DNA from: Pirellula staleyi DSM 6068
Lineage (GTDB): Bacteria > Planctomycetota > Planctomycetia > Pirellulales > Pirellulaceae
Assembly (NCBI GenBank): GCA_945870455.1
Contig: CAMBSL010000001.1
Coordinates: 1 to 60,758, forward strand
Direction: 5' to 3'
Length of the DNA stretch: 60,758 nucleotides
Numbering within the stretch: position 1 is the stretch's first letter; each line of letters opens with the position of its first letter. The position numbers and the translations under genes are program-made. Of this stretch, positions 48,911 to 59,213 are shown one piece after another. The notes below the pieces were generated by a model that searched no databases, was not told the origin of the DNA, and saw only the letters and a program-made list of their open reading frames with translations.

Positions 48911-49231
48911 ATGAGCAGGCACTTTTGGATCGCATTCGTCGTAATGCTCGGCATGCAGCAGTCGTCGCGAGCATTGGACATTCCGTTACATCCCACCGAG
49001 GCACGGATCGTTGCGCAGATCATCGGCGTCGAGGGACATGCGGTGGAAGTGGCCGAGGAGCCCGGTTGGGCGAAGGCAGGCGTCATCAAGCGACTCAAGG
49101 AACTGAGCGTCGAGACCACCAACCTGAAGTCTTGGGGAGTTCGCGGTACCGAAAACAAAGGGCTAAGCTTCAGTTTCATTTACGACGCCAATGGTCGCGC
49201 GCTGGCGCTCACCATCGAGGAACTCATATGA
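48911..49231 (+). CDS. Small secreted hypothetical protein, possibly a truncated N-terminus of a larger protein
   Basis: GGAG ribosome-binding site, signal peptide, ATGA coupling to the next gene. Confidence 0.55.
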   Translation: MSRHFWIAFVVMLGMQQSSRALDIPLHPTEARIVAQIIGVEGHAVEVAEEPGWAKAGVIKRLKELSVETTNLKSWGVRGTENKGLSFSFIYDANGRALALTIEELI

Positions 49232-51741
49232 ATCCGATTTGTACTGCATCGTTCTATCGCCGAGGCATGAGCCTGCTAGCACTCGCCCTGCTGATCATGC
49301 CATCGGCAAATGCTGCAGATGCCGCCGTGGCGCCGTCTGTCACCTCGTTTTTCCAGACGTACTGCATCGGTTGCCATGGGCCAAAGAAGCAGCAGGGTGA
49401 CTTTCGCGTGGATGCACTGAAGATTGCTGCGAACGCCGCTGACGCGGAGAACTGGCAACTGGTGCTCGATAACCTGCAACTCGACGAGATGCCGCCGAAG
49501 GCTGCTAAGCAGCCGAAGCAAGCTGAGGTGGAGCAAGTCACAACTTGGATTCAAAACGAGCTGTCGCGTGCGGCAGCGGCACTTAAAGGGACCGACGGCG
49601 AGGTGGTGCTGCGCCGACTCAACCGCGTGGAGTATGAAAACACAGTCGCTGATCTCTTCGATGTGCATGGCGACTTCACGGCGGGTTTTCCCGAGGACCT
49701 TCGCGACCACGGTTTCGATAACAATGGCGGCGCCTTGATGCTTTCCGCAGCGCAGATGCAGGAATACATGAAGGCCGCCGACTACATCTTGGCTCGCACA
49801 ATCGCGCCTGCCACTCGCCCCGAGACGAAGAGCAAGACCTTCACTCTGCACGATGAAAATCTCCGTGCGATCGATGCTGCTGCGAAGAATCTCGCCATGC
49901 GACTGGCAAAGTTCGACAGCCTGACACCGCAAGAACAAGCCAATACTCTCAAAACCGAGGAAGCTGCCAAGGCCAATCCCGACTCTCACGGTTATCGCTT
50001 TCCGGTGCTGGAAGATGGAGTGTTGCGCCCACCCAAGCCTTCCGATGGCCAGCATCTCGATGCTGTCATGACCGTGCAGCAGTACTTCAGCGGTCAACCT
50101 CAAAGTCACAGACACTTCAATCTCAGCCGTCCTGGCTGGTATCGCGTGAAAGCGGTGGCTTACGCGCTCAAGAATGACGGCAAGCCGGTACGCCTGAGGT
50201 TCAGCGCAGGACGGCCAGTGCCCGGCGTGCTGCCGAAAGTCGAGAGCGCATTCTCCTTTACTGACGATCAGCCGCGCGAGGTCGGAGCCAATTACTACCT
50301 GGAACCCGGTGACCGCGTGGAGTTCACGATCATGGACGGCGCGCCGCACAGTCAGGGCCGGTCGATGATTGACCAGCCGGGGCCGTTCATCGCGATCCGT
50401 TCCTTCAGCATCGAAGGGCCGGTGTATGAAAGCTGGCCGCCGAAGGGACATCGCACTTTGTTTGGCGACATCGATCCAAAGCAGCCGACGCCCGAGAAAG
50501 CGGCCGCCATCGCCGCCCATCTCGCGCCGAAGCTCTTTCGAAGACCTGTGGATGATCTCGCTATAGAGAAGTACCGAGCGCTGTTTGAGAAGTTCACGAA
50601 GGCGATGACGCCAGACGAGGCGCTGCGCAGCATGTTGGCCGCGATGCTGGTCTCGCCCCGTTTTCTCTATCACGAAGAACCGCCCAGCGGTCCCGACGCC
50701 TTCGCCATTGCATCGAGGATGTCTTGCTTTCTGTGGCGTTCCACGCCAGATGACGAACTGCTGACGGCTGCGGCGGATGGCAGCTTGCTCGATGCCACGA
50801 AACGGCGCACGCAGGCCGAACGTATGTTGGCAGATAGCCGCACCGAACGCTTTTTGAACGACTTCACCGGCCAATGGCTGCGCGTGCGCGAAGTCGGCCT
50901 GATGAAGGCGAACGCGGAGCTCTATCCGGAATACGATGCTGAACTTGAAGCGGCCATGCGAGCTGAGACAGAGCACTTCATTGTTGAGATGTTCCAGCGG
51001 GACCTGCCGCTCTCGAATCTCATCGACTCCGACTGGACCATGCTCAATGAGCGTCTCGCAAAACACTACCGCATCGATGGCGTGGTTGGACCTGATTTCC
51101 GATGTGTGAATCTGGACAAGTCGAAGACAGTGCGCGGCGGATTGTTGACTCATGCCAGCATTCACGCGGTCACCTCAAACGGCAGCACAACTTCGCCCGT
51201 AATTCGCGGCACCTGGTTACTCGAAAAGTTCCTTGGCACTCCCGCGTCGCCTCCACCACCGGACGTGCCTACCATCGAACCGGATATTCGCGGTGCCACT
51301 ACGATCAAGGAGCAACTCGCCAAACATCGCGACATCGCCAGTTGCGCCTCGTGCCACCGGAAAATCGACCCGCCTGGATTCGCTCTGGAGAACTTCGATG
51401 TCATCGGTGGCTGGCGGGATCACTACCGAGCACTCATTGAGCCGAAGCCCGGTGCTCGCGTTAAACTTACCGACGGGCCGCCCGTCGATCCTGCAGAGGA
51501 ATGGGAAGGCGTAGGGCGTTTTGGCAGCTTCCATGAGTTCCGTGAATTGGTGAAGAAGCGGGAGGATCTTGTCGTGCAAAATCTGACGCACCAGCTTGCC
51601 ACCTTTGCCCTCGGCCGTGTGCCTGGATTCGCCGACCGCCAACCACTCAACAAAATTGCGACCCAAGTCCGCGAGAAAAAGAGCGGAATGAAGTCGCTCG
51701 TACTGGATCTCGTTTCCAGTCCCGTTTTTACCAATCCATAA
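49228..51741 (+). CDS. PSCyt1/DUF1587/1595/1592/1588/1585 cytochrome c domain protein
   Basis: CIGCH, LRRLNRVEYENT, AIASRMSCFLW, RGGLLTHAS..SPVIRGTW, CASCH. GAGGA upstream of ATG 49228. Confidence 0.92.
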   Translation: MNPICTASFYRRGMSLLALALLIMPSANAADAAVAPSVTSFFQTYCIGCHGPKKQQGDFRVDALKIAANAADAENWQLVLDNLQLDEMPPKAAKQPKQAEVEQVTTWIQNELSRAAAALKGTDGEVVLRRLNRVEYENTVADLFDVHGDFTAGFPEDLRDHGFDNNGGALMLSAAQMQEYMKAADYILARTIAPATRPETKSKTFTLHDENLRAIDAAAKNLAMRLAKFDSLTPQEQANTLKTEEAAKANPDSHGYRFPVLEDGVLRPPKPSDGQHLDAVMTVQQYFSGQPQSHRHFNLSRPGWYRVKAVAYALKNDGKPVRLRFSAGRPVPGVLPKVESAFSFTDDQPREVGANYYLEPGDRVEFTIMDGAPHSQGRSMIDQPGPFIAIRSFSIEGPVYESWPPKGHRTLFGDIDPKQPTPEKAAAIAAHLAPKLFRRPVDDLAIEKYRALFEKFTKAMTPDEALRSMLAAMLVSPRFLYHEEPPSGPDAFAIASRMSCFLWRSTPDDELLTAAADGSLLDATKRRTQAERMLADSRTERFLNDFTGQWLRVREVGLMKANAELYPEYDAELEAAMRAETEHFIVEMFQRDLPLSNLIDSDWTMLNERLAKHYRIDGVVGPDFRCVNLDKSKTVRGGLLTHASIHAVTSNGSTTSPVIRGTWLLEKFLGTPASPPPPDVPTIEPDIRGATTIKEQLAKHRDIASCASCHRKIDPPGFALENFDVIGGWRDHYRALIEPKPGARVKLTDGPPVDPAEEWEGVGRFGSFHEFRELVKKREDLVVQNLTHQLATFALGRVPGFADRQPLNKIATQVREKKSGMKSLVLDLVSSPVFTNP

Positions 51742-51759
51742 ACCGACCACAACACACTC

Positions 51760-53013
51760 ATGAACACTCAACCAGCACTCGCCAACCGCCGTACTTTTCT
51801 TTGTGGAACAGGTGTTACTCTAGGTTTGCCATGGCTCGAATCGCTCGGCGGCATCGCCCATGCTGCGGAGGCTGGCAAGGAACCTCGCCGATTGTTGCTC
51901 ATTTGCCTGCCACTGGGCATTTTCCGGGATTCGTTCATTCCGAAGCTATCTGGATCAGATTACGAGCTCACCGAGTATCTCAGCCCGCTGGCCGATCTCC
52001 GCGATCGCTTTACCATCATCTCCGGTCTCGAACATCCGGGCGTCAGCGGTGGTCACGCGGCGCAGGCGCGCATCTTCACCGGTATCCCGTCAGCGGAGAG
52101 AAACCGCCGCTCACTTGACCAGTATGTCGCCGCCTCGCTCGGCCAGCACACGCGTTTTGACTCGCTCGCGTTGAGCGCCGGGGCCAACGACTTTGGCTGG
52201 ACCGACGGCGGCAGCATGGTGCCAGCGGAAAAAAGTATCGGCGATGCCTTCGCCAGGCTCTATGCCGAGGAGGGCGCGGCGAACAAGGCCAAGGTTCTGG
52301 GCGAGATCGGTCGCGGCAAGAGCATCCTCGATCATGTGCTGGATGAGGCTCACGACTTGGAGAGTCGACTTTCCAAACGCGACCGCGAGAAACTCGGTGA
52401 ATACTTTGAAACGGTCCGCGCCACCGAGAAACGCCTCGCCAAATCCGAGGAATGGATTCACCAACCGAAGCCTCAAGTGAACTCAAAACCGCCCGCTCCC
52501 TTCGCTCCAGACGAGATCATCACCAACCTGCGCGGCGTTTGCGACCTGACCCATCTCGCCTTCAAGACCGACAGCACGCGCGTCATCACCTTTGGTTACT
52601 TCCGCCAGGACACTGTTACCGTGCCCGGCGTGAATGTCGGCTATCACAACCTCTCGCACCACGGCCAGGACGAAGGGAACATCGCGCAGCTCAAACGCGT
52701 CGAACGCGCATTCTTTGACGAGCTCAAAACGCTGCTGACAAATCTGAAGAGCACGCGTGAGGGAGACTCGACGTTACTGGACCGCACCACGATCCTCGTC
52801 ACTTCGAATCTCGGTAGCGGCAACAGCCACAGCAACAAAGACCTGCCCGTGCTGCTAGCTGGAGGCCGCTTCCAACACGGCGAACACCTGAACTTCGCCC
52901 CAGGTACGGTGCCCTTGAGCAATCTCTATGTCAGCGTGCTGAACCAACTCGGTTTTGAAGACCAATCCTTCGGCACTTCGACTGGAACGTTGCAAGGGCT
53001 AACGGTCGCCTGA
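51760..53013 (+). CDS. DUF1552 (HXXSHH) domain protein
   Basis: NRRTFLCGTGVTLGLPWLES, YHNLSHHG, HSNKDLPVLLAGG. Confidence 0.92.
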   Translation: MNTQPALANRRTFLCGTGVTLGLPWLESLGGIAHAAEAGKEPRRLLLICLPLGIFRDSFIPKLSGSDYELTEYLSPLADLRDRFTIISGLEHPGVSGGHAAQARIFTGIPSAERNRRSLDQYVAASLGQHTRFDSLALSAGANDFGWTDGGSMVPAEKSIGDAFARLYAEEGAANKAKVLGEIGRGKSILDHVLDEAHDLESRLSKRDREKLGEYFETVRATEKRLAKSEEWIHQPKPQVNSKPPAPFAPDEIITNLRGVCDLTHLAFKTDSTRVITFGYFRQDTVTVPGVNVGYHNLSHHGQDEGNIAQLKRVERAFFDELKTLLTNLKSTREGDSTLLDRTTILVTSNLGSGNSHSNKDLPVLLAGGRFQHGEHLNFAPGTVPLSNLYVSVLNQLGFEDQSFGTSTGTLQGLTVA

Positions 53014-53058
53014 CGACCCATTCGAACTACCCAAGCACAAGCATTCGAAAACAATCCC

Positions 53059-54186
53059 ATGAAGTCACGCATCCTCACGCTCGCCCTTATCCTCGTAGCT
53101 GCTACTGTGGTTGTCGCGGAAGAGACTCCCGAAGAAGCAAAGATTCGCGATGCGATTCCACTCGGCGGCGACTTCCAGCCGAACCCGAAGGTGGGTGCGT
53201 TCGTTGTGGTGGGGCATGGAGCCCGCATCATCGTCTCAAAGGACGATGGCCAGACCTGGAAGCAAGCGTTCTTCGCCGAACCGGGCGCTGATCACGGCCC
53301 GTGGGCCACAAAATCCGTCGCCTACACCAGCGGCGTCTTCGCAGTGCCGGTTGGCTGGGGTGGTCCAACAATCTTTCTCGCTTCCGATGATGCCGTGAAC
53401 TGGCGGCACTTAACCAGCGGTGCGGCGAAGCTACCGGATGCCAAAGGGGACCCACGTTTGATGACCGGCACCTGGGGACTCGCTGGCGGCCAAGGCGTTT
53501 TTGTCTCCAGCGGCTACATGACCTTCAGCGTCACAGCGGACCTTGGCAAAACTTTTACCTCCTTTGCCATGTGGGGCAAGTTTAAGGACGATCCGCGCGG
53601 CAAAATGTCCACCCATCACATTGGCACTGTGTATTGCGGCGACGCCAGCGGGCGTTTTCTCGCACTGGGCGATAATCGCGGCGACTCGGGCCCGAAGTTC
53701 GGCCATCTCTTCGCCAGTGACGATCTAGGCAAGACCTGGAAATGGCTCGCGCCCCAAGGTCTCGACGCCTCGTCCGGTCGCGGCACTTTGACGTGTAACG
53801 GCAAGCTGCTTGTCATGACCGACACGATGGCCGCGAACGCGTGGACCAGTGTCGATGCTGGCGAAACGTGGGACGGCCCGCATGCGACCGGCACGCAACG
53901 GGCCTCGCTCAGTGTCGTAAACGCCGAGTTCCGGCTTTGCGGAAAACATCCACGTACCAGCGTCGATGGCAAGACATGGCGAGATCTCCCCGCCGCCGTC
54001 CCCGAAGGACAAGTGATCGCCAGCGACAAAGGGACGCTCATCAGCATCCACCCTCAGCGATTCAACATCCAGCGCAGCACCAACGGCGGCGAAACTTGGC
54101 AGGAGGTTCACTCCTTCGTACCAGCCGACATCAAAGGCGGCGCACAAGGACTGCGTGATGGTGCGTTCGGCCTCGTGGCACCCTGA
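53059..54186 (+). CDS. Secreted BNR/Asp-box beta-propeller (sialidase/WD40-YVTN-like) protein
   Basis: Repeated SxDxGxTW boxes (SKDDGQTW, SDDLGKTW, SVDAGETW, SVDGKTW, STNGGETW). Confidence 0.85.
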   Translation: MKSRILTLALILVAATVVVAEETPEEAKIRDAIPLGGDFQPNPKVGAFVVVGHGARIIVSKDDGQTWKQAFFAEPGADHGPWATKSVAYTSGVFAVPVGWGGPTIFLASDDAVNWRHLTSGAAKLPDAKGDPRLMTGTWGLAGGQGVFVSSGYMTFSVTADLGKTFTSFAMWGKFKDDPRGKMSTHHIGTVYCGDASGRFLALGDNRGDSGPKFGHLFASDDLGKTWKWLAPQGLDASSGRGTLTCNGKLLVMTDTMAANAWTSVDAGETWDGPHATGTQRASLSVVNAEFRLCGKHPRTSVDGKTWRDLPAAVPEGQVIASDKGTLISIHPQRFNIQRSTNGGETWQEVHSFVPADIKGGAQGLRDGAFGLVAP

Positions 54187-54239
54187 ATGAGCCCAATCGC
54201 CACAGTGCTCATCCATGAGGTTGCGGATCCATCACACGT

Positions 54240-54509
54240 TACTTCATCGACAAGTGGAAAGGGGGCGGTCATCTCGCTCGCCCACATCTGGAGAATTGGC
54301 TCGATGCAATCCGTAACGGAGCAATTCTTAACGCGCCCGTCGAAATCGGGCATCGCAGTGTAACGATCTGTCACTTGGCCAACATCGCGCGCGAACTTAA
54401 TCGCCCGCTTCATTGGGATCCGGAAGCGGAGCAGTGTGTCGCCGATGACGAAGCCAATCGTTTGCTAGATCGTCCACGCCGAAACGGCTTCGAATTGCCG
54501 CACGCATGA
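54240..54509 (+). pseudogene. Gfo/Idh/MocA oxidoreductase 3' remnant (not in the ORF track)
   Basis: Manual translation HLENWLDAIR..NAPVEIGHRSVTICHLANIARELNRPLHWDP..DDEANRLLDRPRRNGF matches the C-terminus of the 12761 gene. No start codon. Confidence 0.85.
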
Positions 54510-54983
54510 TTTGAACACGTCCGGATGCGATTGATATGCCAGTGGGAAAACTACAGGCGAGTCATCAGCTCTTGCGGCTTCTGCCCAGAACCACCAAAGG
54601 CCGTGACGCAATCTAAGTGGCCGACATTCGCCCCATTGCCAAGACACTCGACTGGAAGAGGCAACGACAAATATGGCGAGAATTGAAAAACTCCCGGGCT
54701 GCTAACCCTGCAGTCGAATAGTTTGGGTCCGGTTCGGTGGGTCGGAACCACACGGCGTTGTAACAAGCAACCACTTATCAACAAGAGAGCGCGATAGTTC
54801 GCATTAGAAAATACCGTTCATACGGAAACAACAACCGGAAATTTTGCTGCCAGTAACAAAAGTGAGACCGCTGTAAGCTGGGCTTGAAAATCCGAAAACA
54901 TTGGGTAATTCAGCGATCGTCGCAGTAGAAAGCCTCTCACTCCGCGAACTGGCGTGTAGCCTAAAGTTCGCAGGATGAGCCAA

Positions 54984-55026
54984 GTACGCCCGGAAGGATT
55001 TGAACCTTCAACCCTCGGTTCCGAAG
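54984..55026 (-). tRNA. 3' half of tRNA-Arg(UCG); probable att site, not a functional tRNA
   Basis: Minus strand CTTCGGA-ACCGA-GGGTT-GAAGG TTCAAAT CCTTC-CGGGCGT-A gives anticodon loop, perfect T-arm and acceptor 3' strand. The 5' anticodon-stem arm and D-arm are absent. Confidence 0.85.
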
Positions 55027-55251
55027 GTCACTCTTTCCCAAGTCTACTTTTGCTGAAAAACCCTTCAAATACTGCGAAAATCATTATACAACGAATGTTG
55101 CGTTCGTTGCAACTGGATGCGTTGAATCGCGGTATTGGGGGTTATTCGGTATTATTCGGTATGCGCGTAGTGGAACCTATTCGCATTGATTTTTACGACA
55201 GCAACCGCAACCTTCTTTCGTATGCAGTCTGAAGCGACTTAGCGACTGCTG

Positions 55252-55542
55252 GTGCGTACTTCATCGCTGCCACGAGTGAACAGACCGGCCACTACGGAAA
55301 CGCTGGAAACGGCAACGACTACGATCTCACCACCTGCGGACAATCGGATTCCGCTACCCGGTGCCAACCTGGTCAAGACATACAAGGGGCGCAGCATCCA
55401 GGTCATGGTGCGACCAAATTCATTCGAGTTCGAGGGGACTCAATACAAGACACTCACAGCTATCGCTCGAGTCGTCACAGGGCAAAAGAACATCAACGGA
55501 TTTCACTTCTTCGGACTACGCAAAGCGGAGGCTGCTCAATGA
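55252..55542 (+). CDS. DUF2924 domain protein, apparently 5'-truncated
   Basis: PLPGANLVKTYKG...FEFEGTQYKTLTAIARVVTG..NGFHFFGL. ATGA overlap with the recombinase. Confidence 0.75.
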   Translation: MRTSSLPRVNRPATTETLETATTTISPPADNRIPLPGANLVKTYKGRSIQVMVRPNSFEFEGTQYKTLTAIARVVTGQKNINGFHFFGLRKAEAAQ

Positions 55543-57113
55543 ATAGGGATAAAGAAATACGAAAGCTCAACTGCGCTATCTACACTCGCAAATCGACCGA
55601 GGAAGGGCTCGACCAGGATTTCAACACACTTGATGCCCAGCGTGAATCAGCTGAGTCATACATCAAGAGCCAAGAAGCCGAGGGCTGGGTCTGCCTTCCC
55701 GATCATTATGACGATGGTGGCTTTACCGGTGGCAATATGGATCGCCCTGCATTGAAACGCCTTCTCGCCGATATAGAGGCCGGTAAAGTCGACTGTATCG
55801 TGGTCTACAAGGTGGATCGTCTCAGCCGATCGCTAATGGACTTCGCCAAGATGCTCGAAGTCTTCGAACGCAAGAGCGTGGCATTCGTCAGCGTCACCCA
55901 GCAGTTCAATACCACGAACTCAATGGGCAGGCTGATGCTAAACGTGCTCCTGTCCTTCGCCCAGTTTGAACGCGAGATCATTTCGGAGCGAACACGAGAC
56001 AAGATGGCGGCCGCTCGGCGCAAAGGCAAATGGGGTGGCGGCTTGGCTCCGCTCGGTTACGACAACGATCGAGAAGGTCGCAAGATCGTGGTCAACGAAG
56101 ACGAGGCCGCACAGGTCCGTGGAACCTTCGAGCTGTATCTTGAGTGCCAGTCGATCATTCAGACAATCAAAGAAATTGATCGACGGGGATGGAAGAACAA
56201 GCTGACGGTTACTAAGAGCGGCAAAGAACGCGGTGGCCGCCACTTCGACAAGAGTTCGCTGTTCAAGCTGCTCACGAACGTCGCGTACCTTGGCAAAGTT
56301 CGCTACAAGGATGAGATCCACGAAGGCGAACACGATGCGATCTTACCTATCGAATTGTGGGAGAAGGTGCAGAAGCAACTGAAGCACAATGGTCGAACCG
56401 GTGGCATCATGGTTCGAAACAAGTTTGGGGCTTTGCTCAAAGGACTAGTTCGTTGCGTTTGCTGCGACTGTGCCATGACTCCAAACCATACGACAAAGGG
56501 AGGCAACAAACGCTATCGCTACTACGTTTGCACTTCCGCACAGAAACGCGGCTGGCATACATGTCCTTCAAAGTCGATTTCCGCTAAGCAGATCGAGGAC
56601 TTCGTCATCGAGCAGATCAAGAAGATTGGTTACGCGCCGGAGCTGATCCAGGACGTAGTCACCAGTGTCGCCGACAAGATGAAGGGGCAGCTCAAGCAAC
56701 TCGAAGACGAGCGATTGGCCCTTGGTCGCGACACCGCACGTTGGAATAGCGAGATCCGCAAGACCACCGCACTGATTCGGCCCAACGAGACCGACTCCCC
56801 AGCGATCGCCCGGTTGGCCGACTTGCAAGAACGAATCGCTCACAACGAACGCCGGATCAACACCGTGCTAAGCGACATCAAAAAGATCAGCAACAACTTG
56901 CTTACCCAGCAGGATGTCGAGACCGCGATGACCACCTTCGATCCAATCTGGGAATCGATGACGCTCCGCGATCAGATCCGCTTGGTACAAGTTGTGATCA
57001 AACAAGTTGACTACGACGGCGAATCCGGACGCGTGACCATTACTTTCAACCCGATCGGCATCAAGAAGCGGGCCGAGCACGCAACCAAAGATCTTGAGGA
57101 GGCACGAGCATGA
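55539..57113 (+). CDS. Large serine recombinase (resolvase + recombinase + Zn-ribbon)
   Basis: AIYTRKS catalytic Ser, DRPALKRLL, VDRLSRS, AQFEREIISERT, PLGY, CVCCDC..YYVC..C, coiled coil. Confidence 0.95.
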   Translation: MNRDKEIRKLNCAIYTRKSTEEGLDQDFNTLDAQRESAESYIKSQEAEGWVCLPDHYDDGGFTGGNMDRPALKRLLADIEAGKVDCIVVYKVDRLSRSLMDFAKMLEVFERKSVAFVSVTQQFNTTNSMGRLMLNVLLSFAQFEREIISERTRDKMAAARRKGKWGGGLAPLGYDNDREGRKIVVNEDEAAQVRGTFELYLECQSIIQTIKEIDRRGWKNKLTVTKSGKERGGRHFDKSSLFKLLTNVAYLGKVRYKDEIHEGEHDAILPIELWEKVQKQLKHNGRTGGIMVRNKFGALLKGLVRCVCCDCAMTPNHTTKGGNKRYRYYVCTSAQKRGWHTCPSKSISAKQIEDFVIEQIKKIGYAPELIQDVVTSVADKMKGQLKQLEDERLALGRDTARWNSEIRKTTALIRPNETDSPAIARLADLQERIAHNERRINTVLSDIKKISNNLLTQQDVETAMTTFDPIWESMTLRDQIRLVQVVIKQVDYDGESGRVTITFNPIGIKKRAEHATKDLEEARA

Positions 57114-57514
57114 GCGACGAAATCCAAGTAGGAGCTACTTTTCACAAGAAGCGCGTTGGCAAGCACATCGCCATGGTCGAAGGCCCGCCGCCGACTGCTC
57201 CCGAGCGTCCGAAAGGACGATTGCCTCGCATCACTCGCTACATGGCACTCGCGATCTACTACGAAGACCTCATCCGCCAAGGCTATGTTCACGACTATGC
57301 AGAGATCGCCACACTCGGCCACGTCACTCGTGCCAGAGTAACTCAAATAATGAACTTAAGGTTGCTAGCTCCAGACTTACAAGAGCGACTCCTTTTTTTG
57401 ATTCGCATCGTCGGTGGTCGAGACGCTTTGTGTCTTCGTCGTCTTCAATCAATAGCGCTCGAGTCTGACTGGCGTGTGCAACGAGATTGCTGGAATAAAG
57501 TCATGAGCAGCTAG
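57110..57514 (+). CDS. Recombinase-associated small HTH-like protein
   Basis: ATGA-coupled to the recombinase. PRITRYMALAI..DYAEIATLGHVTRARVTQIMNLRLLAPDLQE. Confidence 0.8.
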   Translation: MSDEIQVGATFHKKRVGKHIAMVEGPPPTAPERPKGRLPRITRYMALAIYYEDLIRQGYVHDYAEIATLGHVTRARVTQIMNLRLLAPDLQERLLFLIRIVGGRDALCLRRLQSIALESDWRVQRDCWNKVMSS

Positions 57515-57851
57515 CCCTTTTGTCGCTGGGCCAAAGCGAGAATGCTGCGGATAGCGGCCTGCATTTTGGAACGAGCCGACACGTTTTTGGAATAGACTGC
57601 AATTTCTATTGGTTGAAAATTAGTGGTCGCAATCTAGTTTTTGCACCGGGCGGTCGCACCCCCGAACCAATTCTTGTCACGACCGATTCAATTTTCGGGA
57701 GATACAATTAATCGCTCTGGAATCGGATTGGAAGTTACAGCGGCGCGTGTGGAGACAACTGGTCCTGGAAAAGCAACCTTAAGACGCGATCCAAGCAATC
57801 GGAAAATCACCGACCGACCGCTCTGAATTTGCTACCCCTCTTCGAGAGTTC

Positions 57852-59213
57852 CTAGCGATTCCAACGGTAAGTCCATTTCTTCTCGTCCATGTTGTAGCCT
57901 AGCCCTTCAAGAACGCGGTCTAGTTCACTGAGAAGGACTCCTGGTCTATTGGGATACAATGTTGACAAGTATTCTTTGGACTGTGCGTAAAGATGATCCG
58001 TAGATTCGATACCTGTTCCGTCCAGAGCTTTGCGGGCGACACTTGTAAGATCAAGTTCTGCAATTGCAGCGTTTGTTGGACCGAGCGGCTGGATCGGATG
58101 CTCTCGTGATTTGGTCAAGGGGCAAAGATTATCTGCATACCAGCGTGCCCACCCAAGCCATCGGTCAAGATTCTCTGGGTCTGAAGGACTTGCATCCGCT
58201 TCAGTGAGTCTCTCGTCTACTGCAGCAAGGTACCGGCGGATTCGCTGAGCGGTCTCCCAGTTTTCAACAAATTTCATGAGTTCGGCGCGGCGAGCACTTT
58301 CATCCTCAACCTGTTGCTTTTGCTTCAGTCGCCGATCATCGGCCTTCTTTTTCTGTCGCTGTTCGCATTCTCTGTCCAGACGACTCTGCTTTATCTCAGC
58401 AAGATACTTTGGGATCGCGTCAAGAAAACTCCCAATGAGGGTTTCAAGCTTCTGGACTTTTCCATCGCTCCATCGACGACGCAACATATCAAAGTGTTCG
58501 CAGTGCACTTCCACTGTTAGAACGCCGGTTGGTACGTGATCCCATTCCCGCCAGTAATGATCCTTCTTCGGCTTCTCAACCCGCTTGTACGTTTCGGTGA
58601 TGGAAAAAGCGATTTCGTCGTCTTCATCGCTGCTCTTTAAACACCCATTCACACTGACTTCGAAACCTCGAGTTTCCCAGTGCTTAAGTAGGGTGTCGGT
58701 GATCCTGAGCGCTCGTTGAAATTGAGGCTTACTTACCGAAACCCAGCTTTGAACGACCCGTTCATTCGAACTACCGGAGCTTCCCGAATTCGAAGGCTCC
58801 TTAGCAGTTGAAGCGTTAGTGCTTTTCAGGCGTTTTACAAACCGGTGGGGATTTGTAAGTTGATCAGGAACCGAAATCTGAACTTTGCTGCAGTCCTTAG
58901 TCTGAATGGTTGACTCTTTTTCTGCAGTAACTGGCGACTGAACGATCGATGTCGGTTTGTCGAATTGCTTTCGAAAAGCATCAAGTTCGATTAGATCGTC
59001 GACATCAAGCGTTGGCAGTATTGGACGTTCTGGAGCAGTTCCCCAATTCAATTGTGCCCAGTAACCATTAGGCGGCCGAGGTACACGGTATTGCTCACAA
59101 AGCTGGACAATCTCTTTACGGGAGATGCCCCATTGCTCAGAAAGTTGCGTCATGGGTTTCTGCCAGAGAGCTTCGAACAGTTCAGCCCTCGAGATTGAAG
59201 AAATCGTTTGCAT
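57852..59213 (-). CDS. Island-associated hypothetical protein with an N-terminal HTH-like motif
   Basis: SRAELFEALWQKPM..LS..WGIS..VPRPPNGYW, RRWSDGK..KLE, WLGWA..YAD. Confidence 0.75.
   Translation of the reverse strand: MQTISSISRAELFEALWQKPMTQLSEQWGISRKEIVQLCEQYRVPRPPNGYWAQLNWGTAPERPILPTLDVDDLIELDAFRKQFDKPTSIVQSPVTAEKESTIQTKDCSKVQISVPDQLTNPHRFVKRLKSTNASTAKEPSNSGSSGSSNERVVQSWVSVSKPQFQRALRITDTLLKHWETRGFEVSVNGCLKSSDEDDEIAFSITETYKRVEKPKKDHYWREWDHVPTGVLTVEVHCEHFDMLRRRWSDGKVQKLETLIGSFLDAIPKYLAEIKQSRLDRECEQRQKKKADDRRLKQKQQVEDESARRAELMKFVENWETAQRIRRYLAAVDERLTEADASPSDPENLDRWLGWARWYADNLCPLTKSREHPIQPLGPTNAAIAELDLTSVARKALDGTGIESTDHLYAQSKEYLSTLYPNRPGVLLSELDRVLEGLGYNMDEKKWTYRWNR

Noticed and set aside
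48925-49227. N-terminal 101 aa of the 938-aa ORF
   Set aside because: It overlaps the 48911 gene out of frame. The real start is ATG 49228, with an RBS and signal peptide.
49276-51165. 629-aa minus-strand ORF (and similar long antisense ORFs at 274-1113, 3671-4597, 8143-9222)
   Set aside because: These are antisense shadows of well-supported GC-rich genes and carry no motifs.
54975-55232. 85-aa ORF, or an intact tRNA
   Set aside because: The ORF is the antisense reading of the tRNA fragment, and the tRNA lacks its 5' half.
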